A DNA stretch of 62,338 bases, counting the filler. It is 4 parts of 4 records of this genome, joined end to end, with 100 filler letters (N's around TTAATTAATTAA, not from the genome) between each part and the next. Parts side by side here need not be neighbours in the genome. Positions count along the whole stretch, not along the records: positions 1 to 31,908 come from SRR31156797_8078; positions 32,009 to 37,711 come from SRR31156797_8108; 2 more parts are not named here. One strand, written 5' to 3'. Below, in pieces: positions 27,216 through 35,340 of this stretch; within the stretch, counting starts at the first letter, position 1; every line of letters starts with the position of its first letter. The position numbers were made by a program, and so were the translations under genes. Under the pieces are notes generated by a model, which did no database searches, had not been told where the DNA came from, and saw only the letters and a program-made list of their open reading frames with translations.

Positions 27216-28097
27216 TTATTTTAAGCCTGTTAGTACTTCTTCTGCATTTTTATTATTAGGATTTAACTCTAAAGATTTTTCATAAGCCTTAATTGCCAAC
27301 TCTTTGTCTCCCAGATCCAGCAAACATTCACCATAGCTATCAAACGTATTGTAAGCATTTGGATGCAATTCTGTATTCAATTTAAAAAGCTTTAATGCAT
27401 CTTCTTTTTCACCCTGGTTTTTTAGCTGATAAGCAAAATTATTAATCCAGTTTTCACGTAAATCATACTCAGAATTGGTCACATCACCTTGCTTGACAAT
27501 TCGTATGATTTCATCAATGCTTTTCCCTTCATCTACTAATTCTGTTAGTTTTTTTCGATTCAAGTTTTTCAGTTTCTCTCTTTGCTCCGCTAAAGTTTCA
27601 ACACCATATTCAATTCTCTCTGCATCCGTAATTTTTGTGGAATCCAACTCTTCTCTCACAACAACATTATTATCTAGGCGAGTATATTGCGTTCCATAAA
27701 TCTGAGCTTTATTTATGCTCAACAAATACCTGTCGGTTATAGCAGCCAAAAGCCATTTGTTTCTTGTTGAATCCAATTCTATAGATTTTGTCATTAGCTT
27801 TACCGCCAATGCATAGGTAACGGAGTCTTCACCATGATGAAAAATCAGTGCAGCGTTCTGATAGTCTATGGAGGTACGAACTTTATTGGAATCTAGTAAC
27901 TCGTAAACTCTAGCTTCTCTCAGGCTATCATTTTTTTGTCTGATACTCCGGTCTCGATGCTGCGTTCTATCCTCCTGGTCACTTTTAAAAATCTCAATCA
28001 ATTCCTGATTGTCCACAACTTCCTTCTGAACTTTGTCATTCTTGAAATTGCAGGAAATAATTCCGAACATACTTGCCAGTAAAATAATTCTTCTCAT
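27216..28097 (-). CDS. Lipoprotein with DUF6624-like domain and C-terminal TPR
   Basis: Lipobox IISC; DQEDR, AALIFHH, DRYL...QIYGTQ; TPR HPNAYNTFDSYGE...KSLELNP. Confidence 0.75.
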   Translation of the reverse strand: MRRIILLASMFGIISCNFKNDKVQKEVVDNQELIEIFKSDQEDRTQHRDRSIRQKNDSLREARVYELLDSNKVRTSIDYQNAALIFHHGEDSVTYALAVKLMTKSIELDSTRNKWLLAAITDRYLLSINKAQIYGTQYTRLDNNVVVREELDSTKITDAERIEYGVETLAEQREKLKNLNRKKLTELVDEGKSIDEIIRIVKQGDVTNSEYDLRENWINNFAYQLKNQGEKEDALKLFKLNTELHPNAYNTFDSYGECLLDLGDKELAIKAYEKSLELNPNNKNAEEVLTGLK

Positions 28098-28150
28098 ATT
28101 CCTATTTTATTAAATGTAAATTTCTTATAAGTGCCAATTTGTATTGTAAT

Positions 28151-28180
28151 GCATGATCTACAAGTTCTCGTTAGCAGGAG
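28151..28180. repeat. REP-like hairpin element, copy C (degenerate)
   Basis: GCATGATCTACAAGTTCTCGTTAGCAGGAG matches the copy B core at 24 of 30 nt. Confidence 0.65.
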
Positions 28181-28217
28181 TTATAACTGAAGCTTCTCTT
28201 TTATTCTCTTTAGGTTT

Positions 28218-29465
28218 CTAATAAGATATTGTTTTAGCATCAAATAAGTGAATTTCTTTATTTGGGAATTTAGATTTAGCTGCTTCAAATACCTCATCCA
28301 TTTTTCCAAATGCAGAAATGTATATAGTCTCAATTGGAGAACTATTTATCTGCTCAAAAATGTGATCGTCATTATCTGCTAATGAACTTCCGATAATTAC
28401 CAAGTTACCAGAAAGGCTAGCTAATTTATCAAAACAATGTTTCAGATAATCATTATTATTTATAGCATCAGTTTTATTCGAACGCTGAAACACACAAACC
28501 ACTTCTTGTTCGTCGTTATTTAAGACATCTTCTAACTTTTCATATAATGCTTTATCTGATTGTTGGGTTATTTTCTTGAACACTTCACCATCTTTGTATA
28601 TATGAAACGCTCCATGCAAAAAAAATAAATTCTGTGTTTCACTGGTTACATCATAAACTAGTTCGGGAATATCAAATAAAGTTTGTTGCTTACTTCCATC
28701 ATCAACCTTACTCAGAAATTCATTGCTCTTTTCTTCTTGGAAAATCTGCTTTACAACTTTATCAATATCTTTTGCTTTCCATCCTTTTTTATATGTTTTT
28801 GAATAAGATTTAATTTCGGTAGTAAAATGTGCTTTAGTTAACATTCTACAATCTTTCTCTAGAGAATTCATAGCCTTACCAAGGGTTAACTTAATCTTAC
28901 CATTGACTCTAGCATTTTTAATTTCAGAAAATATATTATTTTGATTTGTATTAAAATCCTCTTCAATAAATTTTAGTGATGGCAAGAATGCAATAGCATT
29001 CTTATCTTTATCTTCAACTGGTTTATACTTTAATAAAAGGAGATATAAAAAGGAATCATAATTTAATGTAAAGTAGTTTGTAAATTCCTTAAGCAATACA
29101 AATATCCCATCATTTTTATTTGCATATATGTTTTTAATTTCATCTTTTACAATTTCATGTGTTGCCTGCATAAAATCGAGTTTAATTTTATTGGCTATAT
29201 ATTTCTGTAAGAAGATATTATCTTGATTAATATCATCCTCTAGTTTACCGATAAAATACTCTAAATCGAAATCACAATCCTTCACCATTTGCAATGCATC
29301 ATTGTAAATTTTCTTGTTATTATCAGCCATCTTTTCGAAGATAGCTCCATAGCCTGTATTTACTCCAAGTCCATAATTAAAACCATTTGCTATGAGTAAA
29401 TGATTTTCTTTAAGTTGAATCTCATTAAGAACTTCTTTGTAGGTAAGGAATTTATATTTTTCCAT
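28218..29465 (-). CDS. DUF4917 / SIR2-like domain protein, candidate defence NADase
   Basis: HLLIANGF, FTLNYD, FFLHGAFH and LVIIGSSLADNDDHI are SIR2-like fold motifs; AT-rich. Confidence 0.75.
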   Translation of the reverse strand: MEKYKFLTYKEVLNEIQLKENHLLIANGFNYGLGVNTGYGAIFEKMADNNKKIYNDALQMVKDCDFDLEYFIGKLEDDINQDNIFLQKYIANKIKLDFMQATHEIVKDEIKNIYANKNDGIFVLLKEFTNYFTLNYDSFLYLLLLKYKPVEDKDKNAIAFLPSLKFIEEDFNTNQNNIFSEIKNARVNGKIKLTLGKAMNSLEKDCRMLTKAHFTTEIKSYSKTYKKGWKAKDIDKVVKQIFQEEKSNEFLSKVDDGSKQQTLFDIPELVYDVTSETQNLFFLHGAFHIYKDGEVFKKITQQSDKALYEKLEDVLNNDEQEVVCVFQRSNKTDAINNNDYLKHCFDKLASLSGNLVIIGSSLADNDDHIFEQINSSPIETIYISAFGKMDEVFEAAKSKFPNKEIHLFDAKTISY

Positions 29466-29571
29466 AGTTATTTTTCATTCATTATAGATGTCCAGAATGT
29501 TCAAACAATACTTCTTACTCAGAGGTATCAAGTTGCCTTAGTGGTAACTGTCACTTGTATATGGGACGTAA

Positions 29572-29817
29572 TTATTCATTCAACATGTCAATTATTAAAC
29601 TTTTCTGTTTTTTATTTACGATTGAAAAATCATCCAACCCAAAATCAACAAAGTCAATGATTAAAAAATAATCTTCATCTATATCAATACAATAAGCTGA
29701 ATAATCCACTGACCTTTCGCCTGTTGCAACTAATGAATTGGCATTATCCGCAAAAAAATCTTCTTCATTAATTGCTTTGTCTACAATTGTTGCAGCTTTT
29801 TGAAGTACTTGGTTCAT
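29572..29817 (-). CDS. Small acidic hypothetical protein (81 aa)
   Basis: ATG preceded by an AT-rich leader, co-oriented with the array, and a GTT core site 39 nt upstream. Confidence 0.55.
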   Translation of the reverse strand: MNQVLQKAATIVDKAINEEDFFADNANSLVATGERSVDYSAYCIDIDEDYFLIIDFVDFGLDDFSIVNKKQKSLIIDMLNE

Positions 29818-29912
29818 ATCATTTATTTTTAATGGTTACTTTAATCATGGTACAACCTCATTCATGGTGTAATGAACAAATTAATTTCCCAATTCCGTTA
29901 ATTCTTATAGTT

Positions 29913-29944
29913 CCCCCTCTACCGCACGAGTCCTCTCGTGTGGT
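29913..29944. repeat. REP-like hairpin element, copy D (related, opposite orientation)
   Basis: CCCCCTCTA-CCGCACGAG-TCCT-CTCGTGTGG: same CACGAG/CTCGYG stem and C/G-run tail as copy B, inverted. Confidence 0.55.
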
Positions 29945-30041
29945 TTGGTTTTAGAAATGGAACGCGATAGAATTGTATGTACAGGGAGTTAGTTTACAGT
30001 TCCACAGGAGATAGAAAGCCGGCTTATAAAATTTAGCTTTT

Positions 30042-31168
30042 GTTACCACACATTTTTCTTAAGGTCTTATATAAACTTCTACATTTAAGTCTTCAGTTGA
30101 TAATGTATTTAAATCGTTTTCTAATCCTCTTGGATTTTGAATTCTGTTTTCTGGGTCATAGACAAAACAAATTAATCGTTTACAATCAGGATGGACTTTG
30201 TAATGTTGAGAATCCAAAATTAATTGATCACCAACGTCTTTGTCCGCAAGCCCTTTCCTTGTTTTCTTTATTTCAATAACAATTTTTTCACTTTTTAGCA
30301 AAAAATCCACCCTGGTTGAACTACCAGCATAAGAAGGTGTATATTCTTCAGGTCTAACATCATCAAAGTCAATTCGCAATAGAGCATGAAACAAGTCTTG
30401 AACATCATATTCATCTTGAATCGTTATTGTATCTCTTTTATTATATCTATTTTGTAATTGACAAGCAATCTTATGAAATGAATCAATAATATTGATAATA
30501 AATTCAGATTTGTTTCCCGATGTTTCTTTGATTGAATATTTAATCTCCAGTTGTCGTAAAATACGATTTGCAATTTTCTCAAAATTTTGAATTGAAGCTA
30601 AGATTGAAAATGAGGACATTAATTCACCACCAATTTTTAAATGAGGTGGTGTATCCAATCCTTTATTTATAATGGAGGGGTCATCAGTTACAAAGGTCTT
30701 AGGTCTTCTCATTTTTACATAATCCCATGGAGTAATACCCCATTCATGTGATTCAATTTTACCTAAAAGTTCAACTTCGACATCTAATTTTTCATTTCCT
30801 TTTATGACTGACAATTCCGTCACAAGTTTATCTTGAAATTCTCTGTAGTTTTTAGAAATAGAGCTAACTTGTTTCCTAATTGATTCAATTTGTACATCTG
30901 CTTCACCTTCGATATACTTTTGAATGTTTTCTTCATCAATCCTAACAGCATCACCTTTTCTTGAAAAGTCACTGTAAACATCAAATTCTGTAGATGCCCA
31001 TTGTCCTATCCAGTTTTTATCAAACTTAGAAGATATCTCACTTAACTTTTGAAGTTGCTCCTGTAAAGCAGTAATTTCTTCTTTAGAATCTCTAATTAAA
31101 TTATTTAATTCCAATTTAATCGTTGCTATTATCTTTTCAATTTTCATTGCATTAAAATGTGTGGTAAC
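30042..31168 (-). mobile_element. Integron-like gene cassette bounded by complementary GTT.../...AAC core sites
   Basis: Perfect 15-bp inverted repeat GTTACCACACATTTT (30042-30056) / AAAATGTGTGGTAAC (31154-31168) tightly enclosing a single ORF. Confidence 0.65.
30059..31147 (-). CDS. PD-(D/E)XK nuclease with C-terminal DpnII/MboI-like REase domain and N-terminal coiled coil
   Basis: DEYDVQDLFHALL...DDVRPEEYTPSYAGSSTRVDFLLK...VIEIKK...DQLILD...Y...FVYDP. Confidence 0.8.
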   Translation of the reverse strand: MKIEKIIATIKLELNNLIRDSKEEITALQEQLQKLSEISSKFDKNWIGQWASTEFDVYSDFSRKGDAVRIDEENIQKYIEGEADVQIESIRKQVSSISKNYREFQDKLVTELSVIKGNEKLDVEVELLGKIESHEWGITPWDYVKMRRPKTFVTDDPSIINKGLDTPPHLKIGGELMSSFSILASIQNFEKIANRILRQLEIKYSIKETSGNKSEFIINIIDSFHKIACQLQNRYNKRDTITIQDEYDVQDLFHALLRIDFDDVRPEEYTPSYAGSSTRVDFLLKSEKIVIEIKKTRKGLADKDVGDQLILDSQHYKVHPDCKRLICFVYDPENRIQNPRGLENDLNTLSTEDLNVEVYIRP

Positions 31169-31387
31169 TTGTGAATAAACACAATTGTATTTATTTCTAT
31201 TATATCAATAAAAAGATGTTGTTACTCGTCCTTATTGGTTGGATAACATCCATTTGTTATTTTAAATCACCATTAAATTTAAAACTATTCCCACAAATCA
31301 CTTTACATATTTTAGCTTAATTTCCTTAGAATCAGTATAAATATGCTTAACAGGTGGTTTTTTACTGCTAAATTGTAATTGTACATA

Positions 31388-31417
31388 TAAAGAAGAGCCC
31401 CGTTTACTGGGGCTCTC
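31388..31417 (-). terminator. Intrinsic terminator
   Basis: GAGCCCC-GTTTACT-GGGGCTC stem preceded by an A-rich tract on +, just downstream of TAA at 31440. Confidence 0.6.
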
Positions 31418-31439
31418 AGAGCTTTCTGGTGCTTAAGCA

Positions 31440-31637
31440 TTAAGCTTCGGCTTCGCTTGTCACTACAATGTCTTCCAATTGGAATACAACATCGAGTTGC
31501 ATGCAATGATCGGCTTCCTGCATAATCACTCTACTTTCTTCCTTGTATGATTTTTTAATAAACACAAGACTGTGCTGTCCGGGAGCTACATTGTAGAAAA
31601 AGAACTGTCCATTATTGTCAGCCCATTTACCATTCCA
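31440..31637 (-). pseudogene. 3' remnant of a carboxypeptidase-regulatory-like (CarboxypepD_reg) domain gene, not in the ORF track
   Basis: Hand translation gives WNGKWADNNGQFFFYNVAPGQHSLVFIKKSYKEESRVIM...EAEA*. An in-frame TGA lies immediately upstream, with no start codon ahead of the domain motif. Confidence 0.5.
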
Positions 31638-31826
31638 TCATCTACACTTTTCTAAATACATTTAAGCAATCTAGCTTCTTACACATTCCTTCTCCTTTGC
31701 TTAGTCGACAGCCTCTATTCATACCAACTTGCAATAAGATCATGAGTTTCATTTCTGTTTTCAAACAATATTTCCATCAAGTAATACATTCCGTTCTAAA
31801 GCTCTCGTTTGTATTTTGTCCATTGT

Positions 31827-31908
31827 TGTAACTACTCTTATCGCTTTATGTAATCACTACTATCGCCTTATGTAACTGCTCTTATCACTCTATGTAACTA
31901 CCCTTATC
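31827..31908. repeat. 22-bp tandem repeat (3 full + 1 partial copy) at the contig end
   Basis: TGTAACTACTCTTATCGCTTTA / TGTAATCACTACTATCGCCTTA / TGTAACTGCTCTTATCACTCTA / TGTAACTACCCTTATC. Confidence 0.85.
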
Positions 31909-32008
31909 NNNNNNNNNNNNNNNNNNNNNNNNNNNNNNNNNNNNNNNNNNNNTTAATTAATTAANNNNNNNNNNNNNNNNNNNNNNNNNNNNNNNNNNNN
32001 NNNNNNNN
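31909..32008. other. Artificial contig-joining spacer
   Basis: N44-TTAATTAATTAA-N44, which gives stops in all six frames. Confidence 0.98.
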
Positions 32009-32042
32009 GGCGGCCTGGAATTCCAGGCCGCCATTTTTTTTT
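32009..32042. terminator. Strong intrinsic terminator at the operon end
   Basis: GGCGGCCTGG-AATT-CCAGGCCGCC perfect stem plus T9 on +; about 35 nt past the stop at 32067. Confidence 0.75.
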
Positions 32043-32066
32043 AATGGGCTACAGCGTAAGAGGTCA

Positions 32067-32903
32067 TTAATTTTTAAGGAGTTTTTTAGAAAATATTGTG
32101 TTTCCATCTTCATGAAAAAGTTGGATCATATAAACCCCCGGGGTGAGCCGATTTAAATTTATGTAAGCTAAATCCTGCACAGCAGCTTCATAGACCTGTT
32201 TCCCGGTATGGTCAAAAACCTTCAAAACGCTTTGTGATTGTAGGTTCCTCAGATGAACATAATCACTGAAAGGATTCGGGTAAACCAAAATATTTTGCGC
32301 CAGGCTTTCACCAATCAAACTGATGTCGGTACCTGCGATTATGATATCATCGATTTTTAATTTGCCACTCGATTCAACGGGTTCGCCAACACTCGACATA
32401 TTGCTTGTCATGATCCATCTCAGGAAAAGTAATGGTTGGTTGCTGCAATCTTCCGGGAGTGGAAGGTTTTCCAGAACACCTGTTTCCCAGTCGTTGGCTG
32501 TTGTGATTTCCGAATCAGCAACTTCAGTCCAGTCACCATCTACACCTACCTTGTAATCCACTCTGAAGTCACGTGGTCCCGGATCGTTGCCACCGGAACT
32601 CATTTTTGAACTCAGCATAAGTGATCCGTAATTTTCTGTATTCACCTCAACCACCCAGCATTTGGTTTCTGCACCATCTTCCCAGTGTGTTGCCTGAGCT
32701 GCTTTTGTAGTGGCGCCATTTTTATAATTCAGGTTGCTGATACCACCCATTGTGTAAATGGGCTTGTCGAGGTTTTGGGCAATTCCGCCATCCGCAATGG
32801 AATCCGTGCCTTCTTCAGGGAAGTTCCATTCAACGATCACTTCCTGTGCAAAAACTGTGATGCTAAAGATCATCATCGCAAAAAGTGTAAGTTGTTTTTT
32901 CAT
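32067..32903 (-). CDS. T9SS type-A sorting-domain protein with a single jelly-roll-like passenger domain
   Basis: Signal peptide MKKQLTLFAMMIFSITVFAQ (ATG 32903); GPRDFRVDY, LFLRW, KIDDI; C-terminal VYPNPFSD...GVYMIQL...KKLLKN. Confidence 0.85.
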   Translation of the reverse strand: MKKQLTLFAMMIFSITVFAQEVIVEWNFPEEGTDSIADGGIAQNLDKPIYTMGGISNLNYKNGATTKAAQATHWEDGAETKCWVVEVNTENYGSLMLSSKMSSGGNDPGPRDFRVDYKVGVDGDWTEVADSEITTANDWETGVLENLPLPEDCSNQPLLFLRWIMTSNMSSVGEPVESSGKLKIDDIIIAGTDISLIGESLAQNILVYPNPFSDYVHLRNLQSQSVLKVFDHTGKQVYEAAVQDLAYINLNRLTPGVYMIQLFHEDGNTIFSKKLLKN

Positions 32904-32965
32904 TGTGATAATTGTTTTGATCAATGATTATTGAAATTAAAATTTAAAAATAATTCGACTTTCAT

Positions 32966-33030
32966 GACACTCCACCATTCCATTACCCCATCATTCCAAC
33001 CTCCCAACTTTCCTTCACTCCATTTCTCCA
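32966..33030. repeat. Degenerate ~8-nt pyrimidine-rich tandem repeats (CATTCCAn-like) in the intergenic region
   Basis: CACTCCAC CATTCCAT TACCCCAT CATTCCAA CCTCCCAA CTTTCCTT CACTCCAT TTCTCCAC. Confidence 0.6.
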
Positions 33031-33033
33031 CTT

Positions 33034-35334
33034 TTACAAGCTATACTGTATTTTCCCCATGATGAATCTCCCTGGTGATAGCCTGAGCTTCTTGTCGATG
33101 GGCTGCCGGTCGAAAACATCCTGAACGATAAGCGATGCCCTCCAGTGTGAAGTAATTTGCTTCCACAGGTTAATGTCAAACATCCAGTATTCTTCGATCA
33201 GAATGGTATTGTATTCATCGCCCCACATCTCACCTATATAATTAATGGTGAGTGTTGTATTCAGGATTTTATTCTGCCATGTTGAACTCAGAAATGCGGT
33301 GTGTTCAGGAACTTCAGCAAGTTTTTTTCCTTTCAGCTCAATGGCCGGGTTTTCTTCATCCACATCAAATTTTTTAATAATGGAATGATTGTAAGCATAC
33401 CATGCATTAATACTGAGGTTTTTGAGGGGCGTCCATTTTGTGTTGAATTCAAAACCGGAGATTTCAACCTTGCTGATATTTTGCCTTTGAAGAACGGGTT
33501 TAAGGCTGTTTCCGCCGGTGTCAATGGAATCACCGTTAGGAACAAAATACTGGAAATCATTACCCAATGAATAGTAAATGCTGGGCTCGATGGTCAGGTT
33601 TGGAACCGGGTTCCAGTTGATCCCCCATTCCCAGGTTGTGATGGTTTCGGGGGTAAGCTCCGGGTTGGCCAGTTTAAAACCTTTGGTAATCTTTCCGGAT
33701 TTGCTCAGGTCGTCGAGCTTTGGCGGATTAAATCCTGTTGAGAAGGAAACATAACTGGAAAGTGATGGATTAAAAATATACATCCCCGAAAGTTTTGGAC
33801 TGAAAGATGTCCACGTATTCGACGTGAAATTTTCAGTGCTTTGCAGCGGGAAACCGGTTGTTGAAGTAGGGTCGTTAACTGTTAGGCTCCCGTCGCGATA
33901 GTTGGCCAGGTCGATGCGAGCCCCGGCAATAAGTTTTATTTTGCTCTGCAAAAGGTCAATCTCATCCTGGGTGAAAAATCCGGTATAACTAAGTTTGCCT
34001 TTGTATTGGATTTCATCCGTTGAGGTAAGGTAAATATCTTGGGAATCTACCAACCCATCCCGAACATCTATGCCAAAAGTTATGCGGTTATTTTTGATTA
34101 ATGTTTTTGAGGCGGTGAGCCAGATGCCACGGTCTTCTTTATACGAATCAGTGTAATAAAGCCGATACACACCTGTACTATTTACGGATTCATTTTGCCG
34201 ATCGTAGTTTTCGATTTGCATAAATGCATTGGCGTTAAGCTTCCATCCGCCGGCGAAACCTTCATATTTCATGCGGGCATAATGAATCTGGTATTCGTTG
34301 TAGCCGCCATCATCTTCAAAAACCTGTTTACCATCCCCCTTTTTCTCCCGGTGAAAATCATAGGCAACTTCAATTTTGTGGCTGGTGTTAAACTGATATC
34401 CCAACAGTCCACTGGCATTTTGCTCGTCCAGATAAGATTCAACATGAATGCTGTCGCGAGTTTCATCTGGCTCAATTACATATCCGTCTCCCTGGCGGTA
34501 AAACCCGTTGACGCCCCAATAAAAACCTTTGTTGCTTTTAAACTCATTCTTCCGGGCAGAAAAGTGGCCACCCCACGTATTCATCGATCCGATCTGAAAT
34601 TCAGCATTCAGCTGTAATTCGTTTTTGGGCTGACTGGTAATAACATTGATTACTCCTCCCATCGCATTCATCCCATATAGGGCTGATCCCGGACCTTTGA
34701 TCACCTCGATGCGTTGCACATCCTCTGGCCTGATGAGTGCCCATTGTATCTGGCCACCTGAAACTTTGTTGAGCGGCACACCATTCAGGAGCACCAAAGT
34801 TCTTTGGGTACCATCAAGTCCGCGCATGGTAACACTCGTATTTTTTGAAAAGATGCCCCAACTGCGGTTTACATAAACATTTGAAATACTTTGAAGCGCA
34901 TCATCCACATCGTTCACAGGAAGGCTGCTCACAACTTTGGAGTCAATTGTGGCCATCCTGACTGGGGTTTCTTTAATTTTTCTTTTGGTGCGTGTGGCCG
35001 TGATTACCACCGAAGATATTTCAATATGTGCAGGCTCCAGTCCGATTTTTATTGACCTGATTTCCTTTTCTCGCAGCTTAAATGCTATCGATTTATTTTT
35101 AAAACCAATAAATGAAGCTTCGAGGGTATAGTTTCCGGGGTCAAGATTTGTAATGGTGAAATTGCCCGAATCATCCGTGGTGGTGCCCGCGTTCAGTTTT
35201 TCAATCACCAGGTTGGCTCCGGGTAATGGCGATCCGGTTTCAGCATTTGTGATTAAGCCGGTAACTTTGGATTGCCCGTTTGCAAAACCAAAAAGTAAAA
35301 GGCTAAGTGCCAGGAATAAGATGTGGTTTTTCAT
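33034..35334 (-). CDS. TonB-dependent receptor (BtuB/CirA-like) with N-terminal carboxypeptidase-regulatory-like domain
   Basis: Signal peptide; VVITATRT; plug MRGLDGTQRTLVLLNGVP...RIEVIKGPGSALYG.NAMGGVINVIT; NPELTPE; C-terminal PGRFIMGKIQYSL. Confidence 0.92.
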   Translation of the reverse strand: MKNHILFLALSLLLFGFANGQSKVTGLITNAETGSPLPGANLVIEKLNAGTTTDDSGNFTITNLDPGNYTLEASFIGFKNKSIAFKLREKEIRSIKIGLEPAHIEISSVVITATRTKRKIKETPVRMATIDSKVVSSLPVNDVDDALQSISNVYVNRSWGIFSKNTSVTMRGLDGTQRTLVLLNGVPLNKVSGGQIQWALIRPEDVQRIEVIKGPGSALYGMNAMGGVINVITSQPKNELQLNAEFQIGSMNTWGGHFSARKNEFKSNKGFYWGVNGFYRQGDGYVIEPDETRDSIHVESYLDEQNASGLLGYQFNTSHKIEVAYDFHREKKGDGKQVFEDDGGYNEYQIHYARMKYEGFAGGWKLNANAFMQIENYDRQNESVNSTGVYRLYYTDSYKEDRGIWLTASKTLIKNNRITFGIDVRDGLVDSQDIYLTSTDEIQYKGKLSYTGFFTQDEIDLLQSKIKLIAGARIDLANYRDGSLTVNDPTSTTGFPLQSTENFTSNTWTSFSPKLSGMYIFNPSLSSYVSFSTGFNPPKLDDLSKSGKITKGFKLANPELTPETITTWEWGINWNPVPNLTIEPSIYYSLGNDFQYFVPNGDSIDTGGNSLKPVLQRQNISKVEISGFEFNTKWTPLKNLSINAWYAYNHSIIKKFDVDEENPAIELKGKKLAEVPEHTAFLSSTWQNKILNTTLTINYIGEMWGDEYNTILIEEYWMFDINLWKQITSHWRASLIVQDVFDRQPIDKKLRLSPGRFIMGKIQYSL

Positions 35335-35340
35335 CTGCAA

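Noticed and set aside
24091-29944. REP-like copies as CRISPR repeats or simple terminators
   Set aside because: Spacing is kilobases and gene-sized, and the hairpins lack U-tracts.
31170-31830. Integron integrase next to the cassette array, and ORF 31312..31506
   Set aside because: No tyrosine-recombinase motifs were found in the frames I read; the 64-aa ORF runs through a terminator and overlaps the better-supported remnant frame.
31827-31908. Possible CRISPR array
   Set aside because: The units are head-to-tail with no unique spacers, and no cas genes are present.
31953-31964. TTAATTAATTAA palindrome repeated three times in the window
   Set aside because: Synthetic six-frame stop linker inside N runs; not biological.
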